A stretch of 37,585 bases of DNA. Origin: Candidatus Salinicoccus merdavium. Lineage in GTDB: Bacteria > Bacillota > Bacilli > Staphylococcales > Salinicoccaceae. Below the pieces are notes generated by a model that had not been told where the DNA came from, did no database searches, and saw only the letters and a program-made list of their open reading frames with translations. Positions 1 to 9,439 of this stretch are shown in pieces (positions within the stretch are counted from its first letter, which is position 1; each line of letters starts with the position of its first letter). The DNA lies in NCBI GenBank assembly GCA_019113035.1, contig DXII01000193.1:1-37585 (forward strand), given 5' to 3'. The position numbers and the translations under genes were made by a program.

Positions 1-43
1 TAAATTTTGTTTTCGGCATTAATAACGTCTCTTTATAATCCAT
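1..43 (-). CDS. ileS: Isoleucine--tRNA ligase, N-terminus (runs off the window edge)
   Basis: Hand translation gives MDYKETLLMPKTKF, a typical IleRS N-terminus. GGGAG RBS upstream; follows divIVA and a T-box. Confidence 0.93.
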   Translation of the reverse strand, partial: MDYKETLLMPKTKF

Positions 44-80
44 ACTCTACTCTCCCGTTTCAATCAATTATTTTTAAAAT

Positions 81-270
81 AAAAAAACTCTAACTGAATC
101 AATAGGGGCGAAAAATTCCGCGGTACCACCCTTATTGACTCCCAGTCAGAGCCATCTCTTCTTAATAGTATTCATCATCAATCATTAGTGATATCAAAAT
201 GCTGTGATTCCGGAACTCTCACCAACTTCCGGTCGCTTTAAAATATCTCACATTTTGCATGTCTAACAAT
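81..270 (-). ncRNA. T-box riboswitch leader (Ile-specific) of ileS
   Basis: AAGGGTGGTACCGCGG T-box at 118-133 (minus). Stem I has AGCGA and GGTGAGA motifs, with an AUC codon in a predicted internal loop (190-192). U7 tract at 81-87. Confidence 0.92.
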
Positions 271-276
271 ATATAT

Positions 277-305
277 ATTATGCTAAAATAATGACGTTTC
301 GTCAA
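277..305 (-). promoter_or_regulatory. Putative sigma-A promoter for the ileS leader
   Basis: TTGACG-N17-CATAAT on the minus strand directly upstream of T-box stem I. Confidence 0.7.
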
Positions 306-308
306 TAT

Positions 309-827
309 TTAGTCTTCATTATTTCCATACTCGTTTTCAATGTCACGGACTTTGTCCTCATTGTCCATGTCATAATCGAGCAGATAGTCCCAGTCATCCG
401 ACTGCAGAAGATCAAGCTGCGCCTGTACAAGCATTTTGAAACGGGCCCTGAAAACTTTCGACTGGCGTTTCATATCTTCACTCCGGCTGCCGATATGACG
501 CGCCTGGTTCAATGCTCTATCAATGATGATATCACGTTCCGCTTCGGCACTTCTGATGATTTCATTCGCACGTTCCTGTGCAGCCTTCTTAGTATCATCG
601 CCTGCTCTCTGTGCAGTCAGTATCGCTTCATTGATGCTCGTTTCGACGGTTCTGAAACTGTTCAGGTTTTCATCACGCTCATTCAGCATCTCTTCAAGCT
701 GCGCGATTTTTCTGTCACGTTCTTCGATTTCCTCTTCAATCTTTCTCAAGTGGTTCCTCACTTCTTTTTCATCAAGACCGCGGTAGACCGTTGCGAACTT
801 TTTATCTGTCCTTTCACTCGCTTCCAT
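309..827 (-). CDS. divIVA: Cell division initiation protein DivIVA
   Basis: F..YRGLD..EV N-terminal motif and long coiled coil with SKVFRARFKMLVQAQLDLL; lies between ylmH and ileS. ATG at 827 follows a GAGGTG RBS. Confidence 0.92.
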   Translation of the reverse strand: MEASERTDKKFATVYRGLDEKEVRNHLRKIEEEIEERDRKIAQLEEMLNERDENLNSFRTVETSINEAILTAQRAGDDTKKAAQERANEIIRSAEAERDIIIDRALNQARHIGSRSEDMKRQSKVFRARFKMLVQAQLDLLQSDDWDYLLDYDMDNEDKVRDIENEYGNNED

Positions 828-851
828 ATTTTTCACCTCTTATTTGACTTT

Positions 852-1631
852 CTATTTACTTTTATAAACTTTCGCTTTGACTCTGTATTTCCCTTTTTTC
901 GTTTCATGTAACATCTCATCAATTTTATACCGCCCGAAATGGCGGACCGATACGACATCATCTTCCTCGAGAATGAAAGCCGGGTTCACAACAACCGTGT
1001 GATTCACCTTCACTTTGCCCTTCTCGATTCTGTTTTTCGATTTTGTCCTGCCCTCTTTTAAAAGCTCGCCCGTCACGGTGTCCAGTCTGAAACTTGAAAT
1101 CAGTATCATCTGCGGGACACCGTCATCGACATTATCCATAAACTCGGCATGCGGCACTTCATTCAATATGACCGGGGCATTTTTTATCGTCGTAAGCTCC
1201 GTTTCAAAAATATGAAAATATGGTCTCGCGATTGCAAACTGTATCGTTTCACCGATGACGATATCACCGATCAGATTTCTGTCCAGACCGACACTCATGA
1301 TTGCACCCAGTATATTCCTGTGATCCAGATTGACAAATTTCTCCGGATAGTCCAGTTCAAGGACCATCACTTCGAAATCATCTTTTGAAACTTCCAGCAT
1401 TTCCGGTATGAGCATTGCGCGCATGCGCTCACGGGATTCCCCGCCGCCGTAGAATTCTATTTTCAGATCTGGATAATATCCGGACAGGCTCTGCACGATG
1501 CTCTGCTCCCTCGGATCCAGAAAATCGAGGAGCACAGGATAAAAGTCCCTTTCCGCAATTTCAAATCGGCTGTTCAGTTTGATGATCGTCTCTTTTTCTT
1601 CAGGTCTGAAGTGTTGAAAAATTTCCTTCAC
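852..1631 (-). CDS. ylmH: YlmH/Sll1252 family S4-domain RNA-binding protein
   Basis: FLDPREQ, HRNILGAIM and a C-terminal S4 domain (SFRLD...VKVNH...VSVRHFGR); synteny. Confidence 0.92.
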   Translation of the reverse strand: MKEIFQHFRPEEKETIIKLNSRFEIAERDFYPVLLDFLDPREQSIVQSLSGYYPDLKIEFYGGGESRERMRAMLIPEMLEVSKDDFEVMVLELDYPEKFVNLDHRNILGAIMSVGLDRNLIGDIVIGETIQFAIARPYFHIFETELTTIKNAPVILNEVPHAEFMDNVDDGVPQMILISSFRLDTVTGELLKEGRTKSKNRIEKGKVKVNHTVVVNPAFILEEDDVVSVRHFGRYKIDEMLHETKKGKYRVKAKVYKSK

Positions 1632-1651
1632 GGTTAATGCTCCTTAATTTG

Positions 1652-1683
1652 AAAATCACGGCGATAAATGAATATCACCGTGA
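1652..1683 (-). terminator. Hairpin/putative intrinsic terminator after ylmG
   Basis: Minus strand TCACGGTGATA...TATCGCCGTGA followed by TTTT. Confidence 0.55.
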
Positions 1684-1690
1684 CCTTCCA

Positions 1691-2002
1691 TTAAAATTGT
1701 ATTATGAATGTGGCGATTGCATTGAACACTGCCACCAGGCCACTTTGGAACAGCCATAAAACGATAAATAATATGATCGGGGACAAGTCCAGCATGCCTC
1801 CAAGAGGCGGGATGAGCTTTCTGAACGGTTCCATAATCGGCTCAAAAATCTTTCCCAGAAACTCGCCGAATTTTGACTCTCTGAGAGCCGGCAGCCATGA
1901 GCTTAAGATGTATATGATGAGTCCCCATCTTAACAATTGTAATGCTATGAACGATATGTCCGCTATTATTGCTACTATATTGAGCAGTAGTGATTTATCC
2001 AA
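1691..2002 (-). CDS. ylmG: YggT/YlmG family membrane protein
   Basis: YILSSWLP...EP...PFRKLIPPLGGMLDLSPI motif. Confidence 0.93.
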   Translation of the reverse strand: MDKSLLLNIVAIIADISFIALQLLRWGLIIYILSSWLPALRESKFGEFLGKIFEPIMEPFRKLIPPLGGMLDLSPIILFIVLWLFQSGLVAVFNAIATFIIQF

Positions 2003-2013
2003 AACAATTCTCC

Positions 2014-2634
2014 TTACATTTCTTCTGAGTTTTCTTTATCTGAAGAGATTTCACCTTCAACCACAACACTTTTCGGTGTACAAAGGAAAATGTCATTCCC
2101 GACCTTTTGGATATCTCCATCCAACGCATAGACAGTACCGCTTAAAAAGTCTACAATCCTCTTTTTAGGACTTGAATCTACTTTAGATAAATTGACCAGG
2201 GTTGCACGTTCGTTTTTCAGTTCATCCGCAATATCCTGTGTTTCAGAAAAGACTCTCGGTTCAAATAAATGAACTTTCGCATTCATGTTATCAGCATTCA
2301 TCAAAGTGGTCTCCTTATAACTGTGTGGTGAATTTTTTTGTCGTCCTGTCGTATTGTCATGTGCAGGTTTTTGCCGCCCTTTTTTAAAGAAAGACCGTTG
2401 TGATCTGTGTTTATCCCGGGATGCTGAAGCATTATCACGCGACTTCTTGTTTTCAGATGAACTTTTTTCATTTCTGGATAAATCAAGCTGTGTCACATTG
2501 CTCTTGCTGTGATTCATTTCAGGACCCGCTTTTTTCTTCGGCCTGTTTATCGGCTTGTTTTCTTTTTGTCCGGTTTCATCAGAAACTTCCTCTTCGACTT
2601 CGACAACAAAAAAATCTTTAAAAAAGTTTTTCAT
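2014..2634 (-). CDS. sepF: Cell division protein SepF
   Basis: N-terminal amphipathic MKNFFKDFF and C-terminal [13 protein letters not shown]...[21 protein letters not shown]. Start at ATG 2634 (GTG 2649 is an alternative). Confidence 0.95.
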   Translation of the reverse strand: MKNFFKDFFVVEVEEEVSDETGQKENKPINRPKKKAGPEMNHSKSNVTQLDLSRNEKSSSENKKSRDNASASRDKHRSQRSFFKKGRQKPAHDNTTGRQKNSPHSYKETTLMNADNMNAKVHLFEPRVFSETQDIADELKNERATLVNLSKVDSSPKKRIVDFLSGTVYALDGDIQKVGNDIFLCTPKSVVVEGEISSDKENSEEM

Positions 2635-2645
2635 AGCGATAAAAA

Positions 2646-3278
2646 TCACCTGCTTCCCATAATTTTCGAACCTATACGGATATATGTAGCACCGTGGTCA
2701 AGAGCGATTTCATAATCATTGCTCATGCCCATGCTCAGTTCGGCAACCTCCGGATAAGTCTTCTGTAATTCATCTCTCAATTCTTTCAGACGGCCGAATG
2801 TATTGTTCAGCACCTCGCTGTCTTCAGTCAGCGGCGCCATCGTCATCAGACCGATGATTTTAACTTTACCGTATGATGATAGTTTCTCCATGAACGGCTG
2901 CACTTCCTCGGCAGACAGTCCATGTTTTGTTGATTCTTCAGATACATTTACCTGTACAAAACATTTTACCTCATGTTCAGCATATTGTTCAATTTTTTTG
3001 GCAACACTTTCTCTGTCGAGTGAGTGGAGATGAGTCATCGAACCTGCAATGTCCTTAACTTTCCTTGACTGCAGTGTTCCGATGAAATGTACATTTGCAT
3101 CTTCCGGCAAAGCTTCTCTTTTTTCCAAAAATCCTTCAATACGATTTTCGCCAAAGTCTCTGACACCGGCTTCATATGCTTCCAGCGTTTCCTCAACAGT
3201 GTGATATTTAGTCACGACTATAATATCCACATCATCTGGCAACTCTTCTTTTATCGCATTAAAATTTTCTTTAATCAT
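2646..3278 (-). CDS. ylmE: YggS/PLPBP family pyridoxal phosphate homeostasis protein
   Basis: VVTK PLP-lysine motif, [32 protein letters not shown]. Confidence 0.95.
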   Translation of the reverse strand: MIKENFNAIKEELPDDVDIIVVTKYHTVEETLEAYEAGVRDFGENRIEGFLEKREALPEDANVHFIGTLQSRKVKDIAGSMTHLHSLDRESVAKKIEQYAEHEVKCFVQVNVSEESTKHGLSAEEVQPFMEKLSSYGKVKIIGLMTMAPLTEDSEVLNNTFGRLKELRDELQKTYPEVAELSMGMSNDYEIALDHGATYIRIGSKIMGSR

Positions 3279-4056
3279 TTGATACTCTCCCTATAAATGC
3301 TAATGCACGGCCTGTCTTCCCTTTCTCGAGACGGTAGGAGAAAAACCGGCCGGTATCTTCCGTACCAAGCGGTGTCACATGAATATCGTCCGCATCCACA
3401 CCGAAATCAAGCGCCTGGTTTTTATTTACCGTCTTAAGGTCCAGGTGATAACCGCTGTCCGTTTCAACGACCGCATCTTTCAAGTACCGGTCCCCTAAAG
3501 CATCGATCACCTTGTCATCCACTTCGTAATGGGATGCGTTGATGCTGATGCCGATAAGAACAGTGAGATCTTTTGCTTCACCGTCATATTCATTCAGCGT
3601 CCGCTTTAATATTTCTTTTGATGTGCCCTTCCACCCTGCATGGACAAGGGCTGTGAAACTGTTGATCCTGCTGTAGATGTAAACCGGCACACAGTCGGCA
3701 TAGTTCATCGTCAGCAGCACATTTTCATCATAAGTATATATCGCATCGATATCATTCAATCCGCCTGTAAGTTCACGCACATTTGTGCCGCAGTCGTCTG
3801 AAGTGACTTCCTTTACCCTGCCTCCGTGTGTCTGGATCGGAAGCACCCAGTCACCGGGGCGGATGTCAATTTCACTTGCCAGCATGTCCTGATGCCTGTT
3901 CACATTATCCGTATCATCACCGATATATAAAGCCATATTGAAGCTGTCTTCCGGATAATCACTTAAACCGTCCGTCCTTTTCGTGTAACCAAAGAGGCAG
4001 TCGCCGTCTTTGTTACCATAAAAGTGATGATGCGGCTGAAAAGAAAACTGACTCAT
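3271..4056 (-). CDS. pgeF: Peptidoglycan editing factor PgeF (YlmD/YfiH family)
   Basis: QTHG, ADCVP, HAGWKG and FFSYR motifs; directly after ftsZ. Confidence 0.93.
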   Translation of the reverse strand: MSQFSFQPHHHFYGNKDGDCLFGYTKRTDGLSDYPEDSFNMALYIGDDTDNVNRHQDMLASEIDIRPGDWVLPIQTHGGRVKEVTSDDCGTNVRELTGGLNDIDAIYTYDENVLLTMNYADCVPVYIYSRINSFTALVHAGWKGTSKEILKRTLNEYDGEAKDLTVLIGISINASHYEVDDKVIDALGDRYLKDAVVETDSGYHLDLKTVNKNQALDFGVDADDIHVTPLGTEDTGRFFSYRLEKGKTGRALAFIGRVSND

Positions 4057-4066
4057 ATCCTCACCT

Positions 4067-4104
4067 CAAAAACAAAGTCAGAAAGGCGCGCCTTTCTGAC
4101 TTTG
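4067..4104 (-). terminator. Intrinsic terminator after ftsZ
   Basis: Perfect 32-bp palindrome CAAAGTCAGAAAGGCGCGCCTTTCTGACTTTG (4073-4104) with a T-run on the minus strand. Confidence 0.8.
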
Positions 4105-4117
4105 ATCAAAATAATTA

Positions 4118-5263
4118 TTAGCGTCTGCGACGATTACGATTTCTTAAGAAAGTCGGCACTTCATAATCATCGTCCTGTGGGCTGCTTACGCCGGGATCTT
4201 CTTCTCTTTGGAAGCTGCGTGTTCTTTTCGGCTCCTCTTCGCCGCCTGAAAAACCGAATGATTCTCTCTTCTCTTCAGCTGCAGGTCTTTCCGGCGTACG
4301 GTTCACACCTTTTTCATTGAAGCCTGTAGCTATGACGGTAACGATGAGCTCATCTTCAAGCTCAGGGTTGATGACAGTACCGAAAATCATGTTTACATCT
4401 TCATCTGCCGCATCCTGTACGATGTCTGCCGCTTCCTGTGCCTCGAACAGTGATAATGATTCCCCGCCTGTAATGTTCATCAGCACACCTTGCGCGCCGA
4501 CGATTGAAGTTTCAAGCAACGGGCTGGAAATAGACTTTTTAGCCGCTTCGACTGCACGGTTTTCACCAGCTGAAATACCGATGCCCATAAGCGCTGATCC
4601 CTGGTTCTGCATGATGGTCTTAACATCTGCAAAGTCAAGGTTCACTTCACCGCTTACAGCAATCAGGTCTGAAATACCCTGAACACCTTGACGGAGTACA
4701 TTGTCCGCTTCTTTGAACGCTTCCATCATAGGTGTTGATTTATCAACAATATCCAATAAACGATCATTAGGAATTACAATCAGTGTATCTACTGCCGCTT
4801 TCATCGCGTCCACGCCGGCTGCCGCCTGTGTCTGGCGCTTTCTGCCTTCGAATGAGAATGGTCTTGTAGTGACACCTACTGTAAGGATGCCCATTTCTTT
4901 TGCGATTTTAGCAACGATCGGAGCAGCACCTGTACCGGTTCCGCCGCCCATGCCTGCTGTAACGAACACCATGTCCGCGCCCTGCAGTGCATCTTCGATC
5001 TGTTCACGGGATTCCTCAGCCGCTTTTTTACCAATATCAGGGTTTGCACCTGCGCCGAGTCCTCTCGTCAATTTTTCTCCAATTTGGATTTTGGATTCTG
5101 CTTTTGACAGATTTAAAGCTTGTCCATCTGTATTAATTGCTATAAATTCAACATTTTGCATGCCGTCATCGATCATGCGGTTGACTGCATTGTTACCGCC
5201 GCCACCTACACCAACAACTTTCAAAGTTGCCAAATGGTTAAAACCTTGCTCAAATTCCAACAT
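4118..5263 (-). CDS. ftsZ: Cell division protein FtsZ
   Basis: [10 protein letters not shown], tubulin signature GGGTGTG, C-terminal VPTFLR core. Confidence 0.99.
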   Translation of the reverse strand: MLEFEQGFNHLATLKVVGVGGGGNNAVNRMIDDGMQNVEFIAINTDGQALNLSKAESKIQIGEKLTRGLGAGANPDIGKKAAEESREQIEDALQGADMVFVTAGMGGGTGTGAAPIVAKIAKEMGILTVGVTTRPFSFEGRKRQTQAAAGVDAMKAAVDTLIVIPNDRLLDIVDKSTPMMEAFKEADNVLRQGVQGISDLIAVSGEVNLDFADVKTIMQNQGSALMGIGISAGENRAVEAAKKSISSPLLETSIVGAQGVLMNITGGESLSLFEAQEAADIVQDAADEDVNMIFGTVINPELEDELIVTVIATGFNEKGVNRTPERPAAEEKRESFGFSGGEEEPKRTRSFQREEDPGVSSPQDDDYEVPTFLRNRNRRRR

Positions 5264-5289
5264 CTTGTTTTTCCTCCCAATGATTCATC

Positions 5290-6750
5290 TTATTCAAATA
5301 GATTCTTAAATAATTTTTTCATATAACCGCCCAGATCTTTCGATTCTTTCGGCCGGTTCTGTTCCGCTTTCGCATCGTTGACTTTTTCGTCGCCATCGTA
5401 TGAGTACTCCGTATATTCTTCATAATCCGGAGTTTCAGCAACTTCATCATCCGGTGCTTGATGCTGTACCGGTATACTTTCAGACGATTGATTTTCTGCT
5501 TCATTCTTATCTTTTCTGTTTTTGAATAAGCCGCTGAAGAAGTTTGAATCGGCATCTTCCGGAGTTTCTGAAGTGATGGTTTCTGTTGCTGTGTCATAAT
5601 TATCAATTGTAACATATTCCAGTAGCTCATCAAACGAAATTCCACTGCTGACTGTAGAAATTACACTTGAGAACTCGGGCTTTCTTGCACCCATCTGGTT
5701 CGGTACATGGATACGCACTTTTTCAGACACCATGTCCTGCATCAGTTCTTTGATGCCGAGCAGGTTTGCAGTACCGCCTGTAACGACGAAACCGCCGCTG
5801 ACTTTAGTGATGGACTGGCGCTGAAGGTCTTCAAATACATCCAGCAGCAGCTCTTCCACTCTAAGTTCAATGATATCTGCTAAATCTTTCGGTGTCACTT
5901 CAATTGCATCTTCCGAATTGATCTGGTTCAGACGGATGACGTCTTCATCATTTGCCATATCGAAAAATGCATGGCCGTATTGGTTTTTCACTTTTTCAGC
6001 GTGATCGAACGGCATGTTGAACGCCTCGGTCAGATCATTGCTGATCAGATTGCCGCCCACCGGAATGCTTGAAGCATATTTCAGTGCGCCGCGCTCAAAG
6101 TATGCGTACTGAGTAAGATCTGCGCCGATGTCTATCACAACGCCGCCGAGTTCTATTTCCGCATCTGTCAGTACGTGTCCGTAGTTGACCGCATCCGAAT
6201 ATACGTCGAGTACCGTCAGACCGGACTCCTCCACACATTTCACCGCATTGATGAGCAGTGTGCGGTTGGTCAGGATAACGCCTGCTCTGACTGCCAGTGA
6301 CTGCGTCGCGACCATTTCTTTCGGATCATCCACTTCATGAAGGTCATCCACGATGAAATGAACCGGAAAAACGGTGACGACTTCTTTGTCGCCCGCCATC
6401 TCTTTTTCTCTTAATGATTCCAATAGGGACTCTATATGTTCACCATTGATTTCTGTTGACTCTCCGCCGAATCTTATCGATTCTTCACTGAATTTGATTT
6501 CCGAATCAGTGATCGGCATTTTTAAAAATACTTCATCAATTTCTACGCCAGATGAAATACTTGCTTTTTTGACTGTATCTCTAATTGCACTTTTAGCAAG
6601 CTCAAAATCTGTAATCATCCCTTTAGATATCCCATCAGTGAAAGTCTGACCGATTCCGATGATGTTCACGCCATCATGAAACTTCTCACCGACGACTGTT
6701 TTAACACTTGATGAGCCTATATCAAGGGCTACATAGTAATGTTCCTTCAA
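5290..6750 (-). CDS. ftsA: Cell division protein FtsA
   Basis: LDIGSSSVK, IDIGAD and VTGGTANL actin-like motifs; C-terminal amphipathic MKKLFKNLFE. TTG start. Confidence 0.97.
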   Translation of the reverse strand: MKEHYYVALDIGSSSVKTVVGEKFHDGVNIIGIGQTFTDGISKGMITDFELAKSAIRDTVKKASISSGVEIDEVFLKMPITDSEIKFSEESIRFGGESTEINGEHIESLLESLREKEMAGDKEVVTVFPVHFIVDDLHEVDDPKEMVATQSLAVRAGVILTNRTLLINAVKCVEESGLTVLDVYSDAVNYGHVLTDAEIELGGVVIDIGADLTQYAYFERGALKYASSIPVGGNLISNDLTEAFNMPFDHAEKVKNQYGHAFFDMANDEDVIRLNQINSEDAIEVTPKDLADIIELRVEELLLDVFEDLQRQSITKVSGGFVVTGGTANLLGIKELMQDMVSEKVRIHVPNQMGARKPEFSSVISTVSSGISFDELLEYVTIDNYDTATETITSETPEDADSNFFSGLFKNRKDKNEAENQSSESIPVQHQAPDDEVAETPDYEEYTEYSYDGDEKVNDAKAEQNRPKESKDLGGYMKKLFKNLFE

Positions 6751-6857
6751 ATCATCTGCCTCCTAGCGAGCTATCAATTTACTATTATCAGTTTACATTA
6801 TCACAGGTTAATTGTGAACTATTTACAAGAATTATACAAAAATTTAACCTGGATGGA

Positions 6858-8084
6858 TTATTCATCTTCCAATTCCTCAAATTGATTCAGTGTATCTTTG
6901 ACACTGTTCAGTGATGTGTTCAACTCATTGACATAACCGGCAGCTTCCGGCGAGTTGTATATGCCGCTTTTGATCTGACGGGCTTCATTTGAATCATACG
7001 GCAGAAAACTGCTGCCGATCTCGATATCGATGATGCCTTCGGTTTCATCGCCGATCTCCTCTTTCATACCGAGATAATGATTCATCTTCTCGCCGAAATC
7101 CCGGTAGTCCGCGACAATCTCCTGACCGTCATTCATCAGCAGATGAATTCTGCCGAGAGAGTTGTCCGTCGGCCTGAAATAGATTTCGGAAATTCCCGCC
7201 CTTATTTCAGGTTCGATGGCATTGAGATTGTCAACGAGGTCGTCCATTTCCTCACCTTCGAAAAAGTAGATCAATGGTCCGTTTACCGGACTGACGTGAT
7301 ATCCTCTCAACACTCTCGCATTTTCCAGCACAGGGTTATACCCGCCTTCATTCTCTATATAGCCGACCACCTCGTGCTCACTGATGCTGACGGTCACACC
7401 GTTCCACCAGTTCCGCTCCACATTGACATCGACGATGATCGGGAGAAGCGAGATATTTTCCTCTGCGGCCCCGGGGTCTATACTATACATCTTATCACCT
7501 GCAGCAAAATCAAGACGGCTTTCTATTTCGTCATCGGTAATTATATGGTTTCCGCTGATGTCGATCTCATTCAGATCACTTGCCTCTGTCGAAACATACC
7601 AGATGAGCACTGCAAATAAAAGGAATAATACGATGGCAGACACAAGTATGTATTTTGGAATGAGCATGATGTTTTCTTTCAGCGCCGTCAGCTTCGTGTA
7701 GTTTTTCGGTTTTTTTGAATTTTCAGGACGTTTCGGACGCTTCGGCCTGTCTTTTTTCTTGGACAGTTTCGGCTTCCCTGTTTTTACAGGTGCTTCTTCG
7801 GCTTCATGAGATTTATTTTCAACTTTCTGTTCAGCCCCGGCCGCCTGGCCCGCATAGCTTTCATCCTTCTCTCCGCCGGCGGCGTCCGGCTCGTCCGTCC
7901 AATCATTTTTTTCTATCAGCGATTCGCTTAAATATTCTTCTTCCGGAAGCGCATTTTCATCCTGCTCTGCCTTTGTGTCTTCCGGTGAGCCATAAAGACG
8001 GGACTCGATGGCAGTCTGCGAGTACGTCTTGCGTTTTTGGCGCAGTTTATCTCTTAGCTTTGAAATTTCTTTTTTATCTCTCAT
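6858..8084 (-). CDS. divIB: Cell division protein DivIB/FtsQ
   Basis: Long charged cytoplasmic N-terminus, single TM helix, POTRA-like domain (ISGN), C-terminal GIIDIEIG; between murD and ftsA. Confidence 0.9.
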   Translation of the reverse strand: MRDKKEISKLRDKLRQKRKTYSQTAIESRLYGSPEDTKAEQDENALPEEEYLSESLIEKNDWTDEPDAAGGEKDESYAGQAAGAEQKVENKSHEAEEAPVKTGKPKLSKKKDRPKRPKRPENSKKPKNYTKLTALKENIMLIPKYILVSAIVLFLLFAVLIWYVSTEASDLNEIDISGNHIITDDEIESRLDFAAGDKMYSIDPGAAEENISLLPIIVDVNVERNWWNGVTVSISEHEVVGYIENEGGYNPVLENARVLRGYHVSPVNGPLIYFFEGEEMDDLVDNLNAIEPEIRAGISEIYFRPTDNSLGRIHLLMNDGQEIVADYRDFGEKMNHYLGMKEEIGDETEGIIDIEIGSSFLPYDSNEARQIKSGIYNSPEAAGYVNELNTSLNSVKDTLNQFEELEDE

Positions 8085-8104
8085 CTTTATGGCTCACCGC
8101 CTTT

Positions 8105-9439
8105 TTAGTAGATTTTATGAAAGCCTTCTTTATAGTGGTCGCCGCGCGCTTCGTAATCCTTATACTGATCCCAGCTCGCACATGCGGGAGAAAACAGCAC
8201 AATTTCACCGTCTTCTGCGATTTCTTTCGCTTCGAGCACTGCATGATAAGGATTTTCAGCGACGCTTACTGCAATATTTTCATCTTTGGCAAATTCGGTT
8301 AAAGCGGGTGCCGTTTCGCCGTATGCAATCAGATGCTTGACGCGGCCGGCATGCTTTTTCAACTCACCGAACGACTGGCCCCTGTCGAGTCCGCCGGCAA
8401 TCCATACGGTCGGCGCTTCGAAACTGTCGAGCGCGAATGATGTTGCCAGATTGTTCGTCGCCTTTGAATCATTATAGTATTTGACACCGTCTATCATGCC
8501 GAGATACTCCATACGGTGTGGAATGCCGCCGAATGTTTTCAGCGTTTTGACGATGGCATCGTCGGACACACCGAACTGTTTGACAGCAATGACTGCAGCC
8601 AGTATATTTTCATAGTTATGGTCGCCTCTCAAAAGCACATCGTCAATATCGATCAGCTTCGTATCTTCATAGTAGATTGCATGATCTTTGATATATGCAT
8701 CTGCCTGACCCTCGCCGGTGAAATACTTGATTTCCGCCGGACCGGAGTAATTATCCAGAAACGACTTCTGCTGACGGTTGAAAACGACCGTATCCGATTC
8801 AGTCAGATTGTTTAATAAAGACAGCTTGGCATTCACATATTCCTCTTTCGAGGAATGGTAGTCCATATGTGCTTCATAAATATTTGTCAGCACCGCGACA
8901 TCCGGCTTGAAGCTGCTTACGCCCATCATCTGGAAAGATGACAGCTCCATAACGAGCACACTGTCCTCGTCCGCCTCAAACGCCGCTTCGCTTGCCGGAT
9001 AGCCGATATTGCCGCAGAGAATCGGTTTTTTATTGTCATTATCCATCATTTCGCCGATCAGGTGTGTGACGGTCGTTTTGCCATTCGTCCCGGTAATCCC
9101 GATAATGCCTGCGTCGGTGATGTCTTTCGTCAGCTCGACTTCTGTGATAATCGGGATGCCGCGCTCCATCGCCTCCTGGATGAATTCAATCTTGTAAGGT
9201 ATGCCAGGGTTTTTGATGATCAGTTCGGCATCGTTCAGAAGGCTGACCGGGTGATGGCCGTCGACGATTTCGACTCCCTGCCCTTTCAGCAGCTGTCTGA
9301 TACTTTCATCGGCAAATATTTCGTTTGTCGTCAAGACGACATTTGCGCCGAAACGAATCATCGTGTTGACGGCACTTCGGCCGCTTCTGCCGTATCCGAG
9401 CACAATGACTTTTTTGTCTTTGTATTTATTATGACTCAT
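8105..9439 (-). CDS. murD: UDP-N-acetylmuramoyl-L-alanine--D-glutamate ligase
   Basis: GYGRSG, GITGTNGKTT, ELSSFQ, YNDSKATN, SPACASWDQY. Confidence 0.98.
   Translation of the reverse strand: MSHNKYKDKKVIVLGYGRSGRSAVNTMIRFGANVVLTTNEIFADESIRQLLKGQGVEIVDGHHPVSLLNDAELIIKNPGIPYKIEFIQEAMERGIPIITEVELTKDITDAGIIGITGTNGKTTVTHLIGEMMDNDNKKPILCGNIGYPASEAAFEADEDSVLVMELSSFQMMGVSSFKPDVAVLTNIYEAHMDYHSSKEEYVNAKLSLLNNLTESDTVVFNRQQKSFLDNYSGPAEIKYFTGEGQADAYIKDHAIYYEDTKLIDIDDVLLRGDHNYENILAAVIAVKQFGVSDDAIVKTLKTFGGIPHRMEYLGMIDGVKYYNDSKATNNLATSFALDSFEAPTVWIAGGLDRGQSFGELKKHAGRVKHLIAYGETAPALTEFAKDENIAVSVAENPYHAVLEAKEIAEDGEIVLFSPACASWDQYKDYEARGDHYKEGFHKIY

Noticed and set aside
291-911. 206-aa plus-strand hydrophobic ORF
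   Set aside because: Antisense shadow of divIVA and the end of ylmH.
4317-5309. Plus-strand ORFs of 121 and 202 aa, and similar shadows opposite divIB, murD, bshC, GDPD, ctaD, aconitase, pyc and ftsW
   Set aside because: Fully antisense or out of frame to well-conserved genes; the composition reflects complementary codon bias.
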